Below the pieces are notes generated by a model that saw only the letters and a list, made by a program, of their open reading frames with translations, was not told the DNA's origin and searched no databases. A DNA stretch of 63,992 nucleotides, counting the filler, from an uncultured bacterium (GTDB lineage: Bacteria; CAYSBA01), in assembly GCA_964429075.1 (NCBI GenBank). It is 8 parts of 8 records of this genome, joined end to end, with 100 filler letters (N's around TTAATTAATTAA, not from the genome) between each part and the next. Parts side by side here need not be neighbours in the genome. Positions count along the whole stretch, not along the records: positions 50,546 to 58,375 come from CAYSBA010000045.1; positions 58,476 to 63,992 come from CAYSBA010000105.1; 6 more parts are not named here. One strand, written 5' to 3'. Shown here piece by piece: positions 52,276-63,266 of the stretch (position 1 is the first letter of the stretch; each line of letters begins with the position of its first letter). A program made the position numbers and the translations under genes.

Positions 52276-53205
52276 ATGAAAAGATATGTCTTGATGTTCC
52301 CTGGTCAGGGTTCTCAGAAGGTAGGAATGGGTAAGACATTTTATGATACTTATGATTTGGCAAAGGAGACATTTGATCTTGCAGACAGGGTTCTTGGTTT
52401 CAATCTGAGCAAAATCTGCTTTGAAGGTCCTATGGATGTTCTTACCCTTACACAGAATGCACAGCCTGCAATACTCACCACATCCATTGCAATACTCAGG
52501 GTTCTACAGGAAAGGATTGAGCTTAAACCTCTTTTTACTGCAGGACATAGTCTCGGTGAATACAGTGCGGTTGTGGCATCGGGAGGGCTTTCATTTGAGG
52601 ATGCCTTAATTGCGGTTCACAAAAGGGGTAAATATATGCAGGATGCGGTCGCACCCGATAAAGGTGCAATGGCTGCTGTGATTGGTAAGGACCTATCAAA
52701 GGTAGAAGAGATCCTTTCAGATATCGATGGTATTGTGACCCCTGCAAATTACAATTCTCACAATCAGATTGTGATTTCTGGTGAAAAGGGTGCGGTTATT
52801 GAGGCTATGGAAGTACTTAAAAAAGAGAGATTTAGAGTAATTCCTCTAAAAGTTAGTGCTCCATTTCATTGTCCGTTGATGAAGCCTGCACAGGATCGTC
52901 TTTCTGAATTCCTGGATCAACTTAAATTTAACGATCTTAAGCCTCCTGTTATATCTAATGTTACTGCAGAACCTGTAGATAAAGGCGATGTAGAAAAAAA
53001 ACTTTTGAAAGATCAGGTGTGTTCCCCTGTTAAATGGACACAGACACTCAATTCTTTTAGAAAACAAGATGTAGAACTTCTGATTGAGATCGGTGAGGGC
53101 AAGGTATTATCTGGACTTGCGAAAAAGACTGTTCCAGAGATTGAGTGTATATCTATCTCAGATCCATCTACACTCGAAAAGGCTTTAGAGATTCTAAATA
53201 ATTAG
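52276..53205 (+). CDS. fabD: malonyl-CoA:ACP transacylase
   Basis: FPGQGSQ, AQPAI, GHSLGEYSA, VSAPFH. Confidence 0.96.
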   Translation: MKRYVLMFPGQGSQKVGMGKTFYDTYDLAKETFDLADRVLGFNLSKICFEGPMDVLTLTQNAQPAILTTSIAILRVLQERIELKPLFTAGHSLGEYSAVVASGGLSFEDALIAVHKRGKYMQDAVAPDKGAMAAVIGKDLSKVEEILSDIDGIVTPANYNSHNQIVISGEKGAVIEAMEVLKKERFRVIPLKVSAPFHCPLMKPAQDRLSEFLDQLKFNDLKPPVISNVTAEPVDKGDVEKKLLKDQVCSPVKWTQTLNSFRKQDVELLIEIGEGKVLSGLAKKTVPEIECISISDPSTLEKALEILNN

Positions 53206-53209
53206 TCTG

Positions 53210-53255
53210 TTGACAAATCAAAATATCATAATTATCATAGCATTGGTGATAATTA
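53210..53255 (+). promoter_or_regulatory. sigma70 promoter of rrf2-suf operon with overlapping inverted repeat (likely operator)
   Basis: TTGACA (53210-15), 17 bp spacer, TATCAT (53233-38); TAATTATCA-N9-TGATAATTA at 53229-53255. Confidence 0.7.
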
Positions 53256-53265
53256 GAATCTTGTT

Positions 53266-53670
53266 ATGTTAAACTTTACAAAAGCAACAGACTATGCACT
53301 CTGTTTCCTTGTAAATCTTTCAGCAAGGGACGGGTTGAGATGGAGTATCAGTGAAGCAGCAAAGGAGCTGAAGATTCCAAAGCGTTTCCTTGCCAATATA
53401 GTTCATACCCTTGCAAAAGGTGGTATAGTTAGGACAACCAAGGGTGCAGGTGGGGGAGTAAAGCTTGAGAAAGATCCTTCAACAATAAGTGTTTTTGATG
53501 TTGTAAGGTTGTTTGAGGGTCGTGTAATGGAAGGGTATTGTAGAGATGGTCAACTATGTCCGGACGAGAGTCTCTGTAGGATGATGCGTTTCTGGGAAAG
53601 GCTGCGAAGTGATATCCTCAGTACTCTCAAAGAAACATCAATTAAAGATATGGGAGCTGGCTATGGATGA
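53266..53670 (+). CDS. Rrf2 family Fe-S regulator
   Basis: TDYAL, wHTH, GAGGG..L, C-x5-C-x5-C. Confidence 0.9.
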   Translation: MLNFTKATDYALCFLVNLSARDGLRWSISEAAKELKIPKRFLANIVHTLAKGGIVRTTKGAGGGVKLEKDPSTISVFDVVRLFEGRVMEGYCRDGQLCPDESLCRMMRFWERLRSDILSTLKETSIKDMGAGYG

Positions 53671-54424
53671 ACTTTTAAGGATTGATGATCTTTATGTAAC
53701 CACTGAAGAAAAGGCCATATTGAAAGGGCTCAGTCTAACAATAAAGGAGGGGGAGGTACATGCAGTGATGGGGCCAAATGGATCTGGCAAAAGTACCCTT
53801 GTTAATGCAATAATGGGAAACGATAGTTATCATATTTCTAAAGGAAAGATCTACTTTATGGGCAATGACATAACAAATATGCCTACCGAAGATAGGGCAA
53901 GGCTTGGGATATTTCTGGGTTTTCAGTATCCTGTGGAACTTCCTGGTATAAAGCTGACAAGCCTTTTAAACAGGGCCATTGGAGCAAGAGAGGATAGATT
54001 AGGATATAAGAGTTTAAAAGATACTGTGGCGAGGATAGAAGATATATCAAAAAAGGTTTCTCTTGATAAGACATTTCTGTCTCGATCACTTAATGAGGGC
54101 TTTTCTGGTGGGGAGAAGAAAAAGGCAGAGATAATCCAGCTCGGTGTATTGAAACCAAGGCTTGCCATACTTGATGAGATTGATTCAGGGCTTGATGTGG
54201 ATGCATTACGTTCTGTGGGACAGGTTATAGAAGAACTACTCAATGGGAAGAGGGGGGTTCTTATTATAACACACTATCCAAGGATCCTTGAGTATGTTAG
54301 GCCAGATATGGTGCATATACTAATTGACGGCAGGATCGTAACGCAGGGTGATGGTTCTCTTATAGAGACAATTGAGGATAGAGGTTTTGAACCCTTTTAT
54401 GGTAAGGTAGAAAATCATGGTTAA
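53663..54424 (+). CDS. sufC: Fe-S assembly ATPase SufC
   Basis: [44 protein letters not shown]. Confidence 0.96.
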   Translation: MDELLRIDDLYVTTEEKAILKGLSLTIKEGEVHAVMGPNGSGKSTLVNAIMGNDSYHISKGKIYFMGNDITNMPTEDRARLGIFLGFQYPVELPGIKLTSLLNRAIGAREDRLGYKSLKDTVARIEDISKKVSLDKTFLSRSLNEGFSGGEKKKAEIIQLGVLKPRLAILDEIDSGLDVDALRSVGQVIEELLNGKRGVLIITHYPRILEYVRPDMVHILIDGRIVTQGDGSLIETIEDRGFEPFYGKVENHG

Positions 54425-55826
54425 GAAAGATAGAGATAAAACCTTTTTAGAACACGAATATAAATATGGATTTAAGACCCCTGAGAAATACCGTTTCAAG
54501 ACAAAACCAGGTATTGACAGAGAGGTTGTTGAGTCAATCTCACGGATGAAAGGTGAACCCGATTGGATGCTGGAGTTTAGACTGAGATCACTTGAGATAT
54601 TTTTAAAAAAACCATTGCCCCTTTGGGGATGTGATCTTACTAATATCGATTTTCAGTCGATACACTACTACATAAAGCCTACTGATGAAACAACTGATAC
54701 ATGGGATATGGTACCTGAAGAGATAAAAGAGACCTTTGACAAGCTTGGTATACCCGAGGCTGAGAGAAAGTTTCTTGCAGGTGCAGGTGCACAGTATGAA
54801 TCAGAGGTTGTTTATCATAGATTAAAGGAGGAGTGGGAGAAAAGAGGGGTTATATTTCTTGATACAGATAGTGCGTTAAAGGAACATCCAGAGATTTTTA
54901 AAGAGTATTTTGGGACTGTTGTTCCTCCTGAAGATAATAAGTTTGCTGCTCTGAACTCAGCTGTATGGAGTGGAGGTACCTTTATATATGTACCCAAGGG
55001 TGTGGAGATACCGATACCACTACAGGCCTATTTTAGAATAAACGCAGAGGCGATGGGACAGTTTGAAAGGACCCTTATCATTGCTGATGAGGGTGCCAAA
55101 ATACATTATGTTGAAGGATGTACAGCCCCTATCTACACAAAGGCATCTCTCCATGCTGCTGTTGTAGAGATAATTGCAAAAAGGGGAGCAAGGGTCCAGT
55201 ATACCACTGTGCAGAACTGGTCCGGAAGTGTCTATAACCTCGTCACAAAGAGGGCTATTGCTCATCAGGATGCTGAAGTTATATGGGTTGATGGAAATAT
55301 AGGCAGTATGAAGAGTATGAAGTATCCTGCAGTATATCTGATCGGAGAAAATTCAAGGGCCGATATACTATCTCTTGCAATGGCAGGTAAAAGCCAGCAT
55401 CAAGATACAGGTGCAAAGGTGATCCATGCTGCCTCAAATACCCATTCAAACATCACATCAAAATCTGTAAGCTTTGGTGGAGGCAGGACATCCTACAGGG
55501 GTCTTGTTAAAGTAACACGTAGTGCAAAAGGTATAAGATCTAATGTTAAATGCGATGCTTTAATACTTGATAACATAAGCGCCTCAGATACATACCCCTA
55601 TATTGAGGTAGAGAATCGGACTGCAAAGGTTGAACATGAGGCAACGGTTTCAAAGATTTCAGAACAGCAACTCTTTTATCTTAAATCACGGGGAATTTCT
55701 GAAGATGAGGCACGTTCTATGATAGTTGCAGGTTTTGTGGATGAAATAGTTAGAGAATTACCAATGGAATATGCGGTAGAGATGAATAGATTGATACAGC
55801 TTCAGATGGAGGGTTCAGTAGGATGA
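54417..55826 (+). CDS. sufB: Fe-S assembly protein SufB
   Basis: [45 protein letters not shown]; no intein. Confidence 0.97.
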   Translation: MVKKDRDKTFLEHEYKYGFKTPEKYRFKTKPGIDREVVESISRMKGEPDWMLEFRLRSLEIFLKKPLPLWGCDLTNIDFQSIHYYIKPTDETTDTWDMVPEEIKETFDKLGIPEAERKFLAGAGAQYESEVVYHRLKEEWEKRGVIFLDTDSALKEHPEIFKEYFGTVVPPEDNKFAALNSAVWSGGTFIYVPKGVEIPIPLQAYFRINAEAMGQFERTLIIADEGAKIHYVEGCTAPIYTKASLHAAVVEIIAKRGARVQYTTVQNWSGSVYNLVTKRAIAHQDAEVIWVDGNIGSMKSMKYPAVYLIGENSRADILSLAMAGKSQHQDTGAKVIHAASNTHSNITSKSVSFGGGRTSYRGLVKVTRSAKGIRSNVKCDALILDNISASDTYPYIEVENRTAKVEHEATVSKISEQQLFYLKSRGISEDEARSMIVAGFVDEIVRELPMEYAVEMNRLIQLQMEGSVG

Positions 55827-56818
55827 ATGATAAGACCATACTTTTTAAAAAAGAACTACATAGGGAATGGTGGCGGAGATCAAAAAGGGGTGAATATGAA
55901 ATAGATGGTGATTCAATTGTCTTATTAACCAAAGGTATTGAAAAAGTAGAGGATCTTGAATCTTCTTTGTTCCATCACTATTTTGAAATAGCAGATTGGT
56001 TTGGCTCTTCCGATGCTATACAGAAACTTGTCTCATCTAACATTCCGACTCTCATGCCTCGGCAAAAGATGTGTGATATCGATATTGAAGGTAGTGGTTG
56101 TAAGGTATTCAATCTTGTTGTGCCAGAAGGAAAAGATATTTCTGTAAAAGAGAGTATTAAAAGTGGTAATAAAGGGGGAAAGACAGTATTTTTTCTTGAG
56201 TTAAAAGAGGGTGCAAAAGTTACACTCGATCGATATATAAAAACAGAAAGCAGTCTTTATTCAGTGTTTTATGTTATAATGCACAGAGATAGTATGTTGG
56301 ACCTAAGAGGCCTCCTTTTAGCTGGAGGATCAGCAAGGCTTGAATACGCATTTCTTTTAAAAGGTGAGGGAGCAAGATTACAGGTTGGTCACTTTAATTC
56401 ACCTCAAAACAGGGATAGGCATCTTGTTCTCTTTCAGGCAAAGCAGGTTGCAGCCAATACAAATACGCAGGTAAATCTTGCATCAGTACTTAAAGATTAT
56501 AGTTACAGTCTTCATCATGCACAGATTACAATAGAGAAAAATGCAAAAGGTTCGGAGAGTTCATTGAAGACACGTCAACTTCTGTTGACTAAAGATGGCA
56601 GGGCTGATAGTATTCCAAAATTGGTGATTGACACAGATGATGTGAAAGCGGGTCACGGTGCCGTTGTCAGTGAAATCGAGGACGATGTGATGTTTTATCT
56701 TAGATCGAGAGGTATTGGGAAAGAGGTTGCTGAGTCACTCGTGGCAGAGGGTGTGGCAGAGAGTGTGTTAAGGAATTCTGCTCTTTCTAAGGAATTGAAA
56801 GCTGCTCTGGAGGGCTAA
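55823..56818 (+). CDS. sufD: SufD-like protein (divergent N-terminus)
   Basis: C-terminal [22 protein letters not shown]. Confidence 0.85.
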   Translation: MNDKTILFKKELHREWWRRSKRGEYEIDGDSIVLLTKGIEKVEDLESSLFHHYFEIADWFGSSDAIQKLVSSNIPTLMPRQKMCDIDIEGSGCKVFNLVVPEGKDISVKESIKSGNKGGKTVFFLELKEGAKVTLDRYIKTESSLYSVFYVIMHRDSMLDLRGLLLAGGSARLEYAFLLKGEGARLQVGHFNSPQNRDRHLVLFQAKQVAANTNTQVNLASVLKDYSYSLHHAQITIEKNAKGSESSLKTRQLLLTKDGRADSIPKLVIDTDDVKAGHGAVVSEIEDDVMFYLRSRGIGKEVAESLVAEGVAESVLRNSALSKELKAALEG

Positions 56819-56821
56819 CCT

Positions 56822-58018
56822 GTGTGGAGAGCCGATTTTCCAATATTCAATGATAATAATCTTGTATATCTTGACAATGCTGCCACAACTCAAAAACCCA
56901 GCATAGTGATCACATATACATGTGGATTCTGTTTAAGAGACTATGCAAATGTACATAGAGGTATTTACCCCCTATCAGAGACAGCAACCATGCAGTATGA
57001 AAGAGCAAGGGAGACAGTTGCTGAATATATAGGTGCATCCTCACAAAAGGAGATTGTCTTTGTAAGAAATACAACTGAAGCAATCAATCTTATTGCCTAC
57101 TCATTTTGTGAGGACAACCTCAAAGAGGGTGATCGTATAATGGTGACTGTAGCTGATCACCACTCAAACTTTGTACCATGGCAACAGATGGCAAAGAAGT
57201 ATGGTGCAGAGTTTGTTGTGGCCCCTGTTGATGAAAAAGGCTTGATTGATATTGATTTTGTGCAAAAGGAGTTAGAAAAAGGTATAAAATTATTTGCATT
57301 TCCGATGATCTCAAATGTGCTTGGCACCCTCTTCCCTGTAAAGAAACTATGCGAAATTGCAAAGAGGTATAATACAGTAACTGTTGTAGATGGTGCACAG
57401 GCAGCAGGCCATATGAAGGTTGATGTCTCTGATATCGGCATGGATTTTTTTGCTTTTTCAGGACACAAGATGTATGGACCAACGGGTGTTGGAGTACTAT
57501 ATGGCCGTTATGAAATGCTATCAAATATGAGGCCTTTTCTCTTCGGTGGTGAAATGATAAGGGTGGTTAAGGTAGATCATACTACCTTCAGTGATGTGCC
57601 CTATAGATTTGAGGCAGGGACCCCATCTATCGCTGAGGCAGTTGGTCTTGGTCAGACGATTTCCTATATCAAAGGTGTCGGTATTGAAAGGATAAAGAAA
57701 TATGAGGATGAGCTTGTGGCATATGTCTATAATGCATTAAAAGATTTTGATGGGATAAATATATATGGTCCAGGGCTTGATAATAGGATGAGTCTTGTTG
57801 CCTTCAATCTCGAAGGAGTGCATCCTCATGATGTTGCAGGAGTTCTTGGCTCTGAAAATATATGTATAAGGGCTGGTCATCACTGCGCTCAACCACTTCA
57901 CAATCATCTTGGAATAAAGGCATCCTGTAGAGTAAGTGTTGGTATGTACAATACAAAAGAAGATATAGATCGATTTCTGGATGCCCTTGAAAAGGTAAAA
58001 AAAATATTCAGGGTATAA
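56822..58018 (+). CDS. sufS: cysteine desulfurase SufS
   Basis: YLDNAATTQKP, ANVHRG, HHSN.VPW, SGHKMYGPTG, RAGHHCAQP. Confidence 0.96.
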   Translation: MWRADFPIFNDNNLVYLDNAATTQKPSIVITYTCGFCLRDYANVHRGIYPLSETATMQYERARETVAEYIGASSQKEIVFVRNTTEAINLIAYSFCEDNLKEGDRIMVTVADHHSNFVPWQQMAKKYGAEFVVAPVDEKGLIDIDFVQKELEKGIKLFAFPMISNVLGTLFPVKKLCEIAKRYNTVTVVDGAQAAGHMKVDVSDIGMDFFAFSGHKMYGPTGVGVLYGRYEMLSNMRPFLFGGEMIRVVKVDHTTFSDVPYRFEAGTPSIAEAVGLGQTISYIKGVGIERIKKYEDELVAYVYNALKDFDGINIYGPGLDNRMSLVAFNLEGVHPHDVAGVLGSENICIRAGHHCAQPLHNHLGIKASCRVSVGMYNTKEDIDRFLDALEKVKKIFRV

Positions 58019-58019
58019 G

Positions 58020-58375
58020 GTGGACGATCTTTATAAAGATATTATCCTTGAACACTATAGAAATCCTTACCATAGGGGTAGGCTCGAAGATGCAGATATA
58101 TCTGCGAACGACGAAAATCCACTCTGTGGTGATGAGCTTACACTGAGTCTGAAGATAGATGAAAAAGACAAAAAGATAATAGATTGCCGTTTTGATGGAC
58201 ATGGGTGTTCAATTTCTCAGGCTGCAGCAGATATACTTTGTGAAAATATAATCGGGAAGGATATTAAAGAGGTCCTTGCCATGACAAAAGAGGATATGCT
58301 TGATTTGCTTGGAATTGAGCTTGGCCCAGTGAGAATCAAGTGTGGCCTTCTAGCACTCAAGGTTGCAAAAGTTGC
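58020..58375 (+). CDS. sufU: SufU/NifU-like protein (3' truncated)
   Basis: LY..IILEHY.NP, NPLCGD, GCSISQA, RIKC. Confidence 0.9.
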
Positions 58376-58475
58376 NNNNNNNNNNNNNNNNNNNNNNNNN
58401 NNNNNNNNNNNNNNNNNNNTTAATTAATTAANNNNNNNNNNNNNNNNNNNNNNNNNNNNNNNNNNNNNNNNNNNN
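58376..58475. other. artificial contig linker
   Basis: 44 N + TTAATTAATTAA + 44 N. Confidence 0.98.
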
Positions 58476-58553
58476 AATTTTAACTGAAAGGTATATTGTT
58501 ATCTACTTAATGAGATCTGTTTAATATGATCCTGAAATAGATATTGATAAAAA

Positions 58554-59303
58554 TTAATCATATATACGTTTAATCCTTTCAAACATAACACCTATCCATA
58601 TAGAGATCTCATATAAGATTATGAGCGGGAGTGCAAGGCTGATTTGAGTAACCACATCAGGAGGCGTGAGTACCGCTGCCACAACAAAGCATGCAATGAT
58701 TACATAACGACGTGCATTTTTCAGAGTCTTTGTTTCAACAATCCCTGCAAGATTTAAAAGTAGTACAAAAAGAGGCAGCTCAAAGACTATTCCAAAGGCA
58801 AGAAGTAATTTAGTTGAGAAAGCAAGGTATTCTCGGACGGTCAGTATCTGCTGCATATCTTCAGAGGCAAAGGAAAGTAGAAAATGAAATCCATAGGGAA
58901 AAACTACAAAGAAACCAAAAAGTGCACCACCAATAAACAGAAGACTCCCAAAGATTAATAAAAAATATCCATATATTCGTTCTTTTTTATAGAGACCTGG
59001 TGCAACAAATGCCCAGATCTCATATATTAGAATTGGAGCTGAAAGGACAATTCCACCGATCAGAGAAACCTTAATATAAGCAACAAATGGTTCAATAAGA
59101 TTGGTAAAATGCATCAACTTCTGTGAATCCGGCACCGCACGATAAAGTGGTTCGAGGATAAGTCTAAACAGCTTTTCCCTGTAAAAAAAGGAAAACAGAG
59201 TGGCTATTATAAACGAGACTACCCAAACGATGATGCGTCTTCTGAGCTCAGCGAGGTGCTCAAGAAAGGTCATTCTAACGAGCTCTTCTTCCTGTTTTTT
59301 CAT
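58554..59303 (-). CDS. tatC: twin-arginine translocase TatC
   Basis: MTFLEHLAELRRR, W.FVAPGLY..E, FELP, LTPPDVVTQ, LYE. Confidence 0.96.
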   Translation of the reverse strand: MKKQEEELVRMTFLEHLAELRRRIIVWVVSFIIATLFSFFYREKLFRLILEPLYRAVPDSQKLMHFTNLIEPFVAYIKVSLIGGIVLSAPILIYEIWAFVAPGLYKKERIYGYFLLIFGSLLFIGGALFGFFVVFPYGFHFLLSFASEDMQQILTVREYLAFSTKLLLAFGIVFELPLFVLLLNLAGIVETKTLKNARRYVIIACFVVAAVLTPPDVVTQISLALPLIILYEISIWIGVMFERIKRIYD

Positions 59304-59503
59304 TTATCTTCTTTATCCTCTGGTGGTAGAGAATCTGCCCTAATCTCCTGATCAATCGAATCAATGGCTTTTTTTATCTCACCTGTAGCCTTTTTTATCT
59401 CCCTTACAACTGCACCCACCTTTCTCGCAAGATCTGGAATACGTTCCGGGCCGAGCAAAATTACTGCGATTATTAAAATTAGAAGGATCTCTGAGAATCC
59501 CAC
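59300..59503 (-). CDS. tatB: twin-arginine translocase TatA/TatB family (TatB-like)
   Basis: GFSEILLILIIAVILLGPERIP followed by an amphipathic helix. Confidence 0.8.
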   Translation of the reverse strand: MGFSEILLILIIAVILLGPERIPDLARKVGAVVREIKKATGEIKKAIDSIDQEIRADSLPPEDKEDK

Positions 59504-59510
59504 CTTTCTA

Positions 59511-60554
59511 TCATCCCTTTTCTATGGTTACATCAAAAGCAGGAATTTCAACTATTCGTTTCTTCTCTCCAAAACAGTATCCAATTATTTTAGCATCAAA
59601 GTCTGATAAAAGATCAACAACTCTGTCTACCCATTTCTGCTCAACCACAATACAGAAGCCAATTCCCATATTAAATATCCTGAACATCTTATCTATCTCT
59701 ATCGACCCAATTTTCATTACAAGTTCAAACTCCTTAGGTATCTCTTCTATACCATCTAATCGAAAACCTACCTCTTTTTTTGTCCTCAAAAGATTAAACA
59801 TCCCATCACCGGTTATATGAAACAGGCCTTTTATCGGGATTTCTTCTTTAAAAAGTCTTTTTATTGCCTGCACATATATCTTTGTTGGTTTTAAGAGGAT
59901 ATCTTCTAATGTTTCAGAAAAGCCATCAGGTGTCCATTTGAGATCGTAATTGTTTTCTTTAAAAAATATCTGTCTCAGAAGTGAATAGCCGTTGCTGTGA
60001 AATCCATTTGACCTTAAACCAATAACTACATCATCCTTTTTTATATCCTGTGTGGTTATTAAATTACCCTCAACCAGGCCCACTGCTGTTGCAACAAGAT
60101 CTAAACCCTTTCCATCGACAGATGCCCTTATCATATCCTTCACCTGTGCAGTTTCACCCCCAATTATTGCAACCTCAGCATCCCTGCACGCTGTTAAAAA
60201 GCCCTCTTTAAGCTGACTGAATATATCAGCATCTATCTTTTGAACTGCAATATAATCAAGCAGACATACAGGTGTTGCACCAACACAGATAATATCATTT
60301 ACATTCATTGCTACACAATCTATTGCCACAGTATCATATTTGTTTGCCAGTTGTGCCACCAACAGTTTGGTGCCCACTCCATCTGTGCTTAAAGCAATTA
60401 ATCTGCCATCAATGTCTATGACGTTTGCATAGTATCCGAATTCTAAACACACATTTGCAAATTCAAAGGTCTTTTTTATCCCAGACAAAAAATTGTAAAA
60501 AACCCTGTCGCCATCAAGTGTCTTTACACCACTTTTTTCGTACGTATCGATCAC
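59511..60554 (-). CDS. purM: phosphoribosylformylglycinamidine cyclo-ligase
   Basis: STDGVGTK, DCVAMNVND, GGETA, SNG.HSNGYSL, HITG, FNMGIG. Confidence 0.94.
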   Translation of the reverse strand: MIDTYEKSGVKTLDGDRVFYNFLSGIKKTFEFANVCLEFGYYANVIDIDGRLIALSTDGVGTKLLVAQLANKYDTVAIDCVAMNVNDIICVGATPVCLLDYIAVQKIDADIFSQLKEGFLTACRDAEVAIIGGETAQVKDMIRASVDGKGLDLVATAVGLVEGNLITTQDIKKDDVVIGLRSNGFHSNGYSLLRQIFFKENNYDLKWTPDGFSETLEDILLKPTKIYVQAIKRLFKEEIPIKGLFHITGDGMFNLLRTKKEVGFRLDGIEEIPKEFELVMKIGSIEIDKMFRIFNMGIGFCIVVEQKWVDRVVDLLSDFDAKIIGYCFGEKKRIVEIPAFDVTIEKG

Positions 60555-61945
60555 TATTTGTCTCCATCTTCTAAACCATACTCTTTTAGCTTTTTATAAA
60601 GCTTTGTTCTCGAAATTCCAAGTGCCTTTGCCACATTGGATTTATTGTAGTCAAACTTTTCAAGGGCTGCAAGGATCATATCTTTTTCCACCTCTTTGAG
60701 ATTTCTTATTGTCTGCATCGTGCTGTAGCTCATAACAGAAGACTTGGCTTCATCCTTCATATATTCCGGTAGATCTGTAACATCTATCTCTTCGGTTATA
60801 TTTATCGTAAAGGCAGACTCAATTATACTTTCAAGCTGTCTCACATTGCCATCCCAGCTCTGTGTAAAAAGTTTATCCAAAAAGGCAGGGGTAACGCCTC
60901 TTACAACCCTTCTGTATTTTTCATTAAATCGATTTATAAAATGTTGTACAAGAAATGGTATATCTTCTATACGTTCAGCCAGTGTTGGCAGATTTATTTC
61001 AATCTTGTTTGCCTGATAATATAGCTCTTCTGGGATCTTTTTTGCCCTTATGCTTCTTTCAAGTACACTTAAGATTATTCGAGTCTTTAAAGGTTGTTTT
61101 TTAGATCTATTCCCGAGAGGCCTATAGGTGCCATTTTTTAACACATCAGCAAGCCTGATGGCAACATGTTCTGGTAGAAAATTTGCCTCATGGATCAGAA
61201 GGGTTCCACCCTCTGCTTCCTTGATCATGCCCTCTTTCTTCTCAAGCTTCCCATCAAAACGCTCCTGACTGAACCCGAACAGTTCCACTTCGACCATACT
61301 CTCTGGGATGGATCTTGTATTAAATACTACAAAAGGACCATTTTCTCTGTTTGAGTTATAGTGGATTACTCTTGCAATATGTTTACGCCCCGTACCTGTT
61401 GCACCTTTTATCAGGATTGGATGGTCATACTTAGCAGCAAGTTTGGCAAGCTCGATAACCTTTATCATCTTTGGTGATCTACCAACAATCGTATCAAATC
61501 CATATTCTTCAGGTACGTTTTTCTCAAGCATCTTAAGTCTTTTGTTCATGGTGACAATTAGTGCAATTCTGTCTATAACAGTGAGCATCTCATCTTTATC
61601 AAAGGGTTTGGTTATGTAGTCATAGCACCCTGCCTTAATGGCAAGCACTGCGTTTTCGATAGTACCATAGCCTGTCATGATTACAAAAAAGATGTTTTCA
61701 TCTATCCTCTTTACCGCCTTCAAAAGCTCAATCCCATCCATTACTGGCATCTTAAGGTCAGCTAATACAACATTGTAAGAGGGATCTGTTGCTATCATTC
61801 TGAGTGCTTCCATTGGATCAACTATCGATTCGGCATTGTAACCCGCCTTTAAAAACATCTTTTTGCATGTATTACCAAGATCACGATCATCATCAACAAT
61901 AAGAATTTTTATCAGACTCTTATCAATTTTTTCAGGGTTCATCAT
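60554..61945 (-). CDS. NtrC-like response regulator (REC-AAA-Fis HTH) with degenerate sigma54-activation domain
   Basis: REC IVDDD / ADLKMP / TKPF; AAA GATGTGRK, ELFGFSQERFDGK, TLLIHE; HTH AKALGISRTKLYKKL. Confidence 0.88.
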   Translation of the reverse strand: MMNPEKIDKSLIKILIVDDDRDLGNTCKKMFLKAGYNAESIVDPMEALRMIATDPSYNVVLADLKMPVMDGIELLKAVKRIDENIFFVIMTGYGTIENAVLAIKAGCYDYITKPFDKDEMLTVIDRIALIVTMNKRLKMLEKNVPEEYGFDTIVGRSPKMIKVIELAKLAAKYDHPILIKGATGTGRKHIARVIHYNSNRENGPFVVFNTRSIPESMVEVELFGFSQERFDGKLEKKEGMIKEAEGGTLLIHEANFLPEHVAIRLADVLKNGTYRPLGNRSKKQPLKTRIILSVLERSIRAKKIPEELYYQANKIEINLPTLAERIEDIPFLVQHFINRFNEKYRRVVRGVTPAFLDKLFTQSWDGNVRQLESIIESAFTINITEEIDVTDLPEYMKDEAKSSVMSYSTMQTIRNLKEVEKDMILAALEKFDYNKSNVAKALGISRTKLYKKLKEYGLEDGDK

Positions 61946-63266
61946 GCTTACCTCCAATCTTTTGCTTTGGAAAGATCAACCTAAAAAGACTCCCTTTACC
62001 TTTTTCTGATTCCACCTCAATCTTTCCTCCAATACTTTTCATTATACCATAACACACACTTAGTCCAAGTCCAGTACCTCTACCTACCCCCTTGGTGGTA
62101 AAAAAAGGCTCAAATATTTTGTCTATCATATCCTTTGGTATCCCTGTACCTGTATCCTTAATTTCACAGATTATCCTTTCTGATGTGCTCCACATCTTTA
62201 TATCTAACCTTCCACCACCCTCCTCTATCGCATCTATTGCATTTGAAATAATATTGAAAAAAACCTGTTCAAGCTGATTTTTGTCGCCAATAATAGTCAA
62301 GTTGTCATTTTTTATATCAATCTTTTTTTCTATTCCAAGATGTTTGATCCTTTTTTCAAATAATTCCATAATATTGTAAAGTACTTCCTTAAGATCAATT
62401 ATCTTTGCATCTGATCTTGCAGGTGCATGTGTGTATTCCATCAGCTTCTTGATCACCTCTTTTATATATTTGACCTTTGTCTCTATTAATTTCAACTCAT
62501 CATATAGCTCTTTATCTTCTTCTCTTTCTTCCATTAACATCTGGGTTGTAAGCAATATTGCACCAAGGGGGGTGTTTACCTGATGGGCAATACCAGCTGC
62601 AAGTCTTCCAATACCTGCGAGCTTCTCTGCCTCCTGCATCTCCTTGAACATCCTGATATCCTTTGTGATATCCCTGCCTATACCTACTATCCCTATTATG
62701 TCTCCATTGTAATTTTTAAGTGGATGTAGACTCAGTTGCACATCCAGTAGTCTTCCATCTTTTGTTATCCTTTTGGTAATATGTTTTGATACTGCCTGGC
62801 CCGACTTAACCTTATCATACAAAGTTTTTAGTTCATTGATTTTATCTTCCGGGATTATCATAAATGGTCTACCAATGACCTCTTCCCTCTTATACCCATA
62901 CATCATCTCTGCACCTTTGTTCCACTCAAGACATATCCCATCTGGAGTTGCCACAGTAATTGCATCTGATGAATGCTCGACAATACCACGAAACTTCTCT
63001 TCTGATTTTAGAAGTTCTTCCTGATAGGACCTCTGATATACAAGAATATACCAGATCGCCCATAAGGCTACTGTAAAGGTAACAAGGATAGATCGTGAAA
63101 TGTACAGGTAGCTGAGAGTATCAGTGCTATTATTATTCAATATAAAGTATTTTCTGATAAATTCTGAACTTGCAAAGAGAAAGGCCACAATTATTACACT
63201 TAAGATAATAATTGTAACAACCATCTCAAGATTGAGAATCTTTAGTCTTTCAGGCCTTTTTGACAT
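61932..63266 (-). CDS. membrane PAS sensor histidine kinase
   Basis: two TMs; PAS WNKGAE..YGY; H-box AGIAHQVNTPL; NAIDA, DTGTGI, FEPFFTTK, GTGLGL; start uncertain. Confidence 0.93.
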   Translation of the reverse strand: MSKRPERLKILNLEMVVTIIILSVIIVAFLFASSEFIRKYFILNNNSTDTLSYLYISRSILVTFTVALWAIWYILVYQRSYQEELLKSEEKFRGIVEHSSDAITVATPDGICLEWNKGAEMMYGYKREEVIGRPFMIIPEDKINELKTLYDKVKSGQAVSKHITKRITKDGRLLDVQLSLHPLKNYNGDIIGIVGIGRDITKDIRMFKEMQEAEKLAGIGRLAAGIAHQVNTPLGAILLTTQMLMEEREEDKELYDELKLIETKVKYIKEVIKKLMEYTHAPARSDAKIIDLKEVLYNIMELFEKRIKHLGIEKKIDIKNDNLTIIGDKNQLEQVFFNIISNAIDAIEEGGGRLDIKMWSTSERIICEIKDTGTGIPKDMIDKIFEPFFTTKGVGRGTGLGLSVCYGIMKSIGGKIEVESEKGKGSLFRLIFPKQKIGGKHDEP

